Origin: Lepidodermella squamata
Lineage: Eukaryota; Animalia; Gastrotricha
Assembly: GCA_047495785.1 (NCBI GenBank)
Contig: JBLDXI010000024.1
Location: 434,001-498,000 of the forward strand
Reading direction: 5' to 3'
DNA length: 64,000 nt
In this document: positions 57,222 through 64,000 of the stretch, piece after piece
Layout: each line of letters begins with the position of its first letter
Numbering within the stretch: position 1 is the first letter of the stretch
Program-made: the position numbers and the translations under genes
Notes under the pieces: generated by a model
The model's database searches: none
What the model was told of the DNA's origin: nothing
What the model saw: the letters and a program-made list of their open reading frames with translations, nothing else

Positions 57222-57535
57222 TATCTTCGTGTAGCTTCCATCGAAAGATGATTTGAAGATTAGCTGGAATCAATTTAAATTCAAATTTTATTTGTTCAGC
57301 CGTCGGAAGACTAAAACTAAGAACTAGTGAAAAATAATTGAAAGGTTTAAATAAACTGTAGCAGATCTATTTTGCCATTGCAGTGCGTGGCAATGACGGT
57401 GGAAGCGCGATTTTTCGGCCGTTTCGCCGCTGAAATAATCAGCTTTTCTGGAGACCCAATCACAAAGATTAGCCGACAACGCCGATGTATAGGGTTGTAA
57501 ATATTCCGTGCCAGCTTTACCAATCAAAATCTGTC

Positions 57536-60185
57536 TCAAATAACGCGCTGATTGGACATTTCTATCTCCGTGGCGACAACGAGCTCGTTACTATCCTCAT
57601 TTGCTTTGACGGAGGGCTTGAAATTTCTTTCTTCCCGCATCTCTTTTTCTCTGATTTTCCACCACACGTATGCATTCACCTGTCAAAATATAACGATGAC
57701 GATGAAATAGAATGTATATGTTTCAAGTCATACCGGTAAGGAAATGAATAGAAAACTGCTTGAAAGGCAATGATACCAGATTCCTGAACAAAATTTGAAT
57801 GCATTTTAAAGGGAAATCTGAGAGATGCAATACCTAATGATCGAGTCTCGTAGAGAACGCAATTGCGAGCTGTTTTTTCTTCCACAAGGTTAGCTTGAAT
57901 CGACAGTAGGACATCTTCCGGCTTCAAAATGCTTGTGTCACAGCGGGATGTAGAACTTCCAGAAACTGCTAGAGTTTGTGCACCTTGTTCATCCCAGAGT
58001 AAGCAGTGAGCGTCAAAAACCGAACCGAAAATGACAGGTCCGGGTATAAAGCCTGTATGGTATATTAAAGCGATGAAGCTAATATTTATCAAATAGAAGG
58101 AAGTTTTTTTACTGAATAGGCTGCAGAACGATGAGGTAAGCCCGATCGCCCATAACTTGTAGCGAGGTCCAACAGTTCTATAGCGGGCCCGTAAAATATA
58201 CATATCACATATAGATCAGCGAACTTCAAAGCAAACCTCATCATAATGATTGTCATTGGCGTTGATGGCATTAAAATTAAAATAGCCAGAACAAACGCGA
58301 GCGCATTGTAGGCGAAAAAACTTCGACAAAACCTATGCCAGAATGATTCAGGTTGGCATTTCTCGGGAACCGCACTGCCAGCAGCATTAGTTCCATTGAT
58401 TTTCACGCAAGTGCACTCACTGTAAGTTTTCTAGACATTATTTTAAAATTGGTAGAAATATTGCCGTTTGAAGTGTTCCGTTCTCTTACATTGTTTGCAT
58501 GGAATGACCGGCAACCAGCGTGGCAAGCCGATGCGTAAGTTCTGCCATCACTGCCACAAATGGGGTCGTATTTATTCGGGCAATAGCTGCACTTTTGCTG
58601 ACATTCAGGCGAGGCCGACTGTTGATAGTGCAATGAATGCTTAAGATCTAGGCCAATGATTTGCTCGGGTTCACACTGCAGACCACTCATGAATAGCAAC
58701 CCAATTGCAACAATGGTTGCAATGACAAGAGTACCCAACACAGCGTTTGATTGCGAAATTTTCAACTTAGACATGAGCAGGCCACCGAGAAACGTTCCAA
58801 GGGCACAAGGAATAGGATTCGCAATGCCGGAAAATAGGTTAGCTAGCCACACTGGTTGTCTAAATTGAGCTTCCATGTATTTTGGGTAGAACGTGAAGTA
58901 TCCAGCGGTTATATACACTTGAGCACACGCAAGGAAAACAAGTGCCAGGAAAGTTGTATTTCGAAACAAAATCAAGAAGTTTCGGGGGAGAGTTTGCAGC
59001 GTAAAAGGTTCAGAATCCACGTCATCAGCATCAGTAGTAACGTTCACAGAATCGGCAAAAGGAGAAAGCTCTTTCGAAATTAAAGCTTTTGACGCTTCAG
59101 AAGATTCCCTTGAAATGTCGCTCTTCGCGATGGTTTTACTACTGGAAACACCTTCATCACACGTTTTGTGGTCATCTTTGCTGCGCGTGGGGGATAAACT
59201 CTTTGGGAACAAGAGGAACAGCGGTGAAACAATGAGGAACATTGCCGAGGATAGCAAAAAGCCGCTCCACCAGGCCCCAACGAAGTGACTTGAATTGGGG
59301 TCAGGGGGATTTGGTTCGAATGGATGAACGTAAATTGAACCAGCTACGCCCGATGAGAAGAAGAAGGCAGCAGCCGGTCCAAGCATCATCATGCTATACG
59401 TCGTTCCAATGAATGTGGCACTTCGATCTTTCTCCACATTATTGTCGATGTAAAGTACTCCGATCACGGCGTATGTTGACGATGCGGTTGCAACGATACC
59501 TTGGGCAAGAGTGAGAATGACCATAACCCAAATAGCTTCGCTGGACCCAACAAGTTTCCCTGTCTGCTGCTTGAGTTCTTCTTCCAGTTCGGCAAGTGTG
59601 CAGTTTCGAAGAGGCACTGTCGAATGTGACGAGTCAGTAAGACAAGCAATGCTGGTAACACTTGAATTGGTTTGCTCCATTTTCGGAAAGCGGCTAAGAT
59701 TGTCTGATGCAGCAGGAATTAGGACATGAGGCGAAGCTAGCAAAAAAGCTCCGATCGCCATAAAAAATCCGCGCATTGCCAGGCGACGCGGTATGTGACA
59801 ATTAGTCTCAGTAAAGCTGAATATAATAATTGTCAAATGCCCAATCTCGAAACTCGCCAAGAAAATCCCAGTGTAGAGGCTAATGTGCCAAGTAATATAT
59901 TTTAAAAGTTGGGCATCTTTTGAAAATGTCATTTTACCTGGGCATGCCATACCGCCTTTCAAGCGTAGTAAGAGCAGCTATTGTGTAGGCTAGATAAAAG
60001 CTGTACCAAAACTGAACGACGCACAGTAGAGCAGTGTAGGTGTAGATGTTAATGAACCGACGAGGCAAGAATCCTAATAAGAGATCTTTTTGATGGGCGG
60101 AGGTCCCATCGTGAATTGGATTTGACGATTCGACCATTCCACGCAAATCCGGTTCCTCGACCTTTTTCTTAGCATTGGAGTCCAT
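57536..60185 (-). CDS. Organic anion transporting polypeptide (SLCO/OATP) A, multi-exon
   Basis: ALTTLERRYG, SFEIG, LYIDNNV, FVGAWWSGF, FYPKYMEAQF, Kazal-like YDPICGSDGRTYASACHAGC, FIPGPVIFGSVFDAHCLLW; last exon VNAYVWWK..stop at 57536. Confidence 0.92.
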
Positions 60186-61789
60186 GATATGGTAGAAGGC
60201 CACGACGCCAAATGAAAGAAAACTTTATTTCTGAAAGATAATTAGATGATCCTCATAATCGTCACGTTTACCATAAAAGGTTTTTACGTACTGAACAAAA
60301 CGTTGGCCAGGTGCTTTTCATGACCGCAGTCAGCTCTTCATCGTTTTACTCTGCCAGCTATATAATATAAGGATTACAAGGCTAAGCACAAATTGAAGCC
60401 GAAATGCCCGTAGTAGCGTAACGTGGTATTATTTGCCCTACGCAAATAGCTATCTTAAAAAAATGTGTGATAGCTATCGCTGCTAGCAAAAAAATGAAAA
60501 TGGAACTAATTTCATCTTCATGTATAAGTAATATTTGCGTGACTGGATCATGGAAGTAAATGACCCGTCTTGCATGAAAGCAAATTATATATTAGGGATA
60601 TTCGATTTGAAAAACCAGCAGAAGTTTATAATGGTTTGTAAGAGGTCTTTTAGGCTTTTCACATCGAATGGTAATGAGAAATCGGGCTATATTACTTATT
60701 TTGAAAAGAAATAATGTGCTGTTTTATCGCGTAGCCCCACCTCAGTTGAGATTGCTTTTCTGAATGAACAAATGGCGCCGGTCCAGTAAACATGCGCTTC
60801 CGTATTCGCCTATTTATTATCTCTCGCGGCCTTCCTATATTATATATTCGCTACGCTATATATTTCATACCTTCGGACATATTATTGATACCGTGCATAT
60901 ACTCGCCCATTTGGTTGTCCCTGTTATCGCTCAGCAACTACTGAAAGAGTAAAAGGCGCGCTCTCTAATCCTAAGAAAACACAGGGCTTGAGCTCTATAT
61001 GAGAAAGAAACTGGGATTTACGCCAGCCGCAGATCAACAGGTATAAAATGTAATTCGCTCGCTAGATGTACTTATAATTTTATACATGTGGAACGGAGAT
61101 TCCGTTTAAGGCAGATTTTACGCTAACCGTATTCTGTGAGGAAAAGCCTTCCCGCGATCAATTTTATATAATTTCCTGCTTGAACAACAGCGGAAAAAGT
61201 GCGCTACTTCAGACGTCATCGCCTATAGCTTAAACTTCATTGGTAAACATCATAGCAGCAGATAGAGGTATTAGAATATCGTGCGAAAAATACCAATAAT
61301 CTAAAATGAACTATATAAGCATTTTATGTTACTAGATGCGTGTTATTGGCGAGAAAACGTTATGCGATAGTTGTAGGAATGAAACCATTAACACCTATTC
61401 CACAGTGAAACGTTAATTCTCCGATGGTTTAGCTGGAATCAGCTTTTATTTTCAGCATTTATTTCCGCAAATATTTTTAGCCGGCAAATTTTTCATTTTT
61501 CATTCGAAGTTTTTTAAATTCAGCACAATGAGAAGAGCGCAAAAAGCTGGTAGTTCATACCTTGATAAACCCTTAAAGTACATTGACAATAGCCCATCGG
61601 CTTTCGAACTTCCCTGTGCGATTGAGCAACAACATCGGTTTTCCTGGGGAATTTAAAAAATCTAAACGAGAAGGTGAATTCGCAGTACTCATGTTCGAAC
61701 AAGCCCACGACGTCGCGAAGTCAATCCCTCTAGATATGGAAGTGTAAAATTTGACGGAAAGTGTCTCACATGTAACATTCACGTGAGCA

Positions 61790-62080
61790 ATGAGACTTCA
61801 TTCGTTGATTATATTTTTAGTATTTCTCACTTTGATGCCTATTGGTATTTTGCCCTTTGCTATCAGCCGAGAAATGCGACTTAGCTTCCGCCGCAGATTT
61901 CCAAACAGGGCATCCCGCCATTCACGCTCTACTACGGCCGAGGAGGACAAGTCGCGAAATCAACTTCAAGGAAGCTCGTTATTGGAAACTCTAACGAGAG
62001 TTGAAAATACAGGATCGAAATACTTCAAAGAAGACTCCGGCAATCGCGAACAAGCGCCTTATTCTCATTATGACATTTAA
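61790..62080 (+). CDS. Candidate small secreted protein (96 aa), orphan
   Basis: ATG, hydrophobic signal-like MRLHSLIIFLVFLTLMPIGILPFAIS, basic motifs RRR and RHSR; no recognisable family. Confidence 0.35.
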   Translation: MRLHSLIIFLVFLTLMPIGILPFAISREMRLSFRRRFPNRASRHSRSTTAEEDKSRNQLQGSSLLETLTRVENTGSKYFKEDSGNREQAPYSHYDI

Positions 62081-62212
62081 AACGGCTAATTCTTTGGTTG
62101 AATACTTTTATTTACGTATTTATTTAATGCTAAATATTAATGCGAAATTAAATTGATCGTTTTGTCAATCAGACCAGTGAACTTTCAAAGTAATCGGACA
62201 TTGTGGGAGTTA

Positions 62213-64000
62213 TCATTTCTTAGTTTTCTCTTTAGAAAGCAATTCGCCGGCATTAAAAACTTCCTGCTCGTCATCATCGGCGTTTTCCTGCTTTCGAAGC
62301 TCGGCCTCTCTTTCATTTTTTCGGCACTTCCACCACACATAGCCATTCACCGGTAAGGAAAGAAACAAGAACAGACTTGTGATAGCATGAAACCAGAAAG
62401 ACAGACTGTTCGGCTCAAAAACAGAACAATGCCTGACGGGGTCAGATACTTCGTTCGCCGATGACTTCGAAGGAGGTGTAGTCGTTGTGCAACCTGCAGC
62501 TTGAGGCGTCTCAGTCGAGGATTCTTCCCAATATAAACAAACCGAGTCGAAAACTGCACCGTAAATTACCGGTGCTGGTATGAAGCCTGTCAAAGGTAAA
62601 ATTTTACGAATTGCTTATCGAATCATGTCGAAAAACAAGTTTTACCCAAGAAACTGCAGAAGGAGGATGTGAGACCCACAGCCCAAGACTTGTACTTCTC
62701 TCCGACTACTCTGCAGATGTTGAGGAAAGATGAATGATGACGCATAAAAGGAAATAATTTTGTGAAACAAACCTCATCATAATTATTGTTAGAGGAGTTG
62801 TAGGTAAAAAAATGATGACAGCAAAAATGAATGCCAAAATGTTATAGATGTAGAAAGTTAGGCATCTCGGTGAACTGCCATTTTCTTCGCCACATCTACC
62901 GATAACCGCATAGGATTCAGACCAAGTTTCATTGTTCGGCGACAGAGCATTTGAACAGGCACATCCAGAGAAATGAGTACCATTCCCGAAACGACAGCCG
63001 GCGTGGCACGGCGACACGTAGTGATCGGTATTATTTACACAAATCGGTTGATAAAAGGATGGGCAGCTGTTACAGCCACAAGAATTCGTTGCATTCGAAT
63101 TTGAGAGGCCGATCAAATCGCCGCTTTCGCATCTCATAGGTGACATGGCCATTAAAGCAATGCCGACAATAAGAACGAAGATAAATGTGTAACCCAATGA
63201 TGCAGATTGACTGAGTTTCATTTTCGACATCAGGTACCCGCCGATGAAAGTGCCCAATGCGCACGGTATGGGGTTGGCGATCGCCGAAATAAAATTTGCA
63301 GCTTTTGTACTCTGCAGGAACACCGTCTCAAGGTATTTCGGATAAAAGGTGAAGTAGCCAGCTAAAAAGTAGGTTTGCATGCAAGAGATGAATACTAGCG
63401 CCAGAAACAATTTGTTTCGGAAAAGTATTACAAAATTCCGAGGTATCGCCTTGAGCGAAAATTTCTCCTCTCCCACGGGGTTAACTTCGTTTTCTGCCTT
63501 GCTTTTACGATGGTGTAAGTGATGCTGATGCTGGTGACTTTTTCTTCTCGGGGTAAGTTGCATCGGAAAGAAGAAGAAAAATGGAGCAACAATGGCGAAC
63601 ATGATCGCACAAAGCACAAATCCAATCCACCAAGCTCCCACAAAAGCAGAAGAATTCTCACTAGGCGGATTAGGCTCTAGAGGACGGACGTAAACCGTGG
63701 AAGTAACGCCAGAGGAGAAGAAAAACGCCGCCGCTGGCCCCAGCATCATCATACTACGCAAAAAATTAAAGCCCCAATCTCGATTTGTTAAAGAATTCAC
63801 AAACCTGTAGACAAAGCCAATTAGCGTTGAAGATCTAGATTTATCCACGTTGTTGTCAATGTATAAAATCCCAATGACGTGGTAGGTTGAAGAGGCGGTT
63901 GAAACGACTATTTGAGCAATTACCAGTAAAATCAGAGCAGTAAGAGCGACAGAATTTTCGTCCGCATCTTCATCGGTCGTGGATATCGATGAAGTGTTAA
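62213..64000 (-). CDS. SLCO/OATP B, 3' part (5' end beyond window), tandem paralogue of A
   Basis: LYIDNNV, MMMLGPAAAFFFSSGV, FVGAWWIGF, AGYFTFYPKY, YQPIC..YVSPCHAGC, FIPAPVIYGAVFDSVCLYW; shares long blocks with gene A. Confidence 0.92.

Overview
Compact invertebrate (metazoan) nuclear DNA with short GT-AG introns (mostly 50-70 nt); no prokaryotic features. Gene models below were spliced by hand. In order: NDUFS1 3' part (+), mitochondrial OSGEPL1/Qri7 (+), a hAT-type MITE, p23/PTGES3 (+), a FERM-PDZ-PTP phosphatase of the PTPN3/4 family (-) with two candidate alternative first exons in its 8.7-kb intron, N-myristoyltransferase (+), a probable GPI-anchored PAN/Apple-mucin protein (+), EAF (-), progranulin (+), three tandem head-to-tail miniature type IV-like collagen genes (+), CCDC51, METTL15, TUSC2 and IMPDH (all -, tightly packed), and two tandem SLCO/OATP transporters (-). 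Main finding: the three collagens each have a 7S-like start, a 12-Cys NC1, a shared novel acidic N-propeptide and a collagenous domain of exactly 454 residues. The Cys positions and interruptions I aligned are in register despite divergent sequence and 8/8/15-exon structures, which suggests a dedicated one-third-length collagen IV heterotrimer. Its NC1 lacks the sulfilimine Met. Second finding: the TUSC2 CDS overlaps the METTL15 start by 65 nt in another frame, and one splice acceptor could serve both genes.
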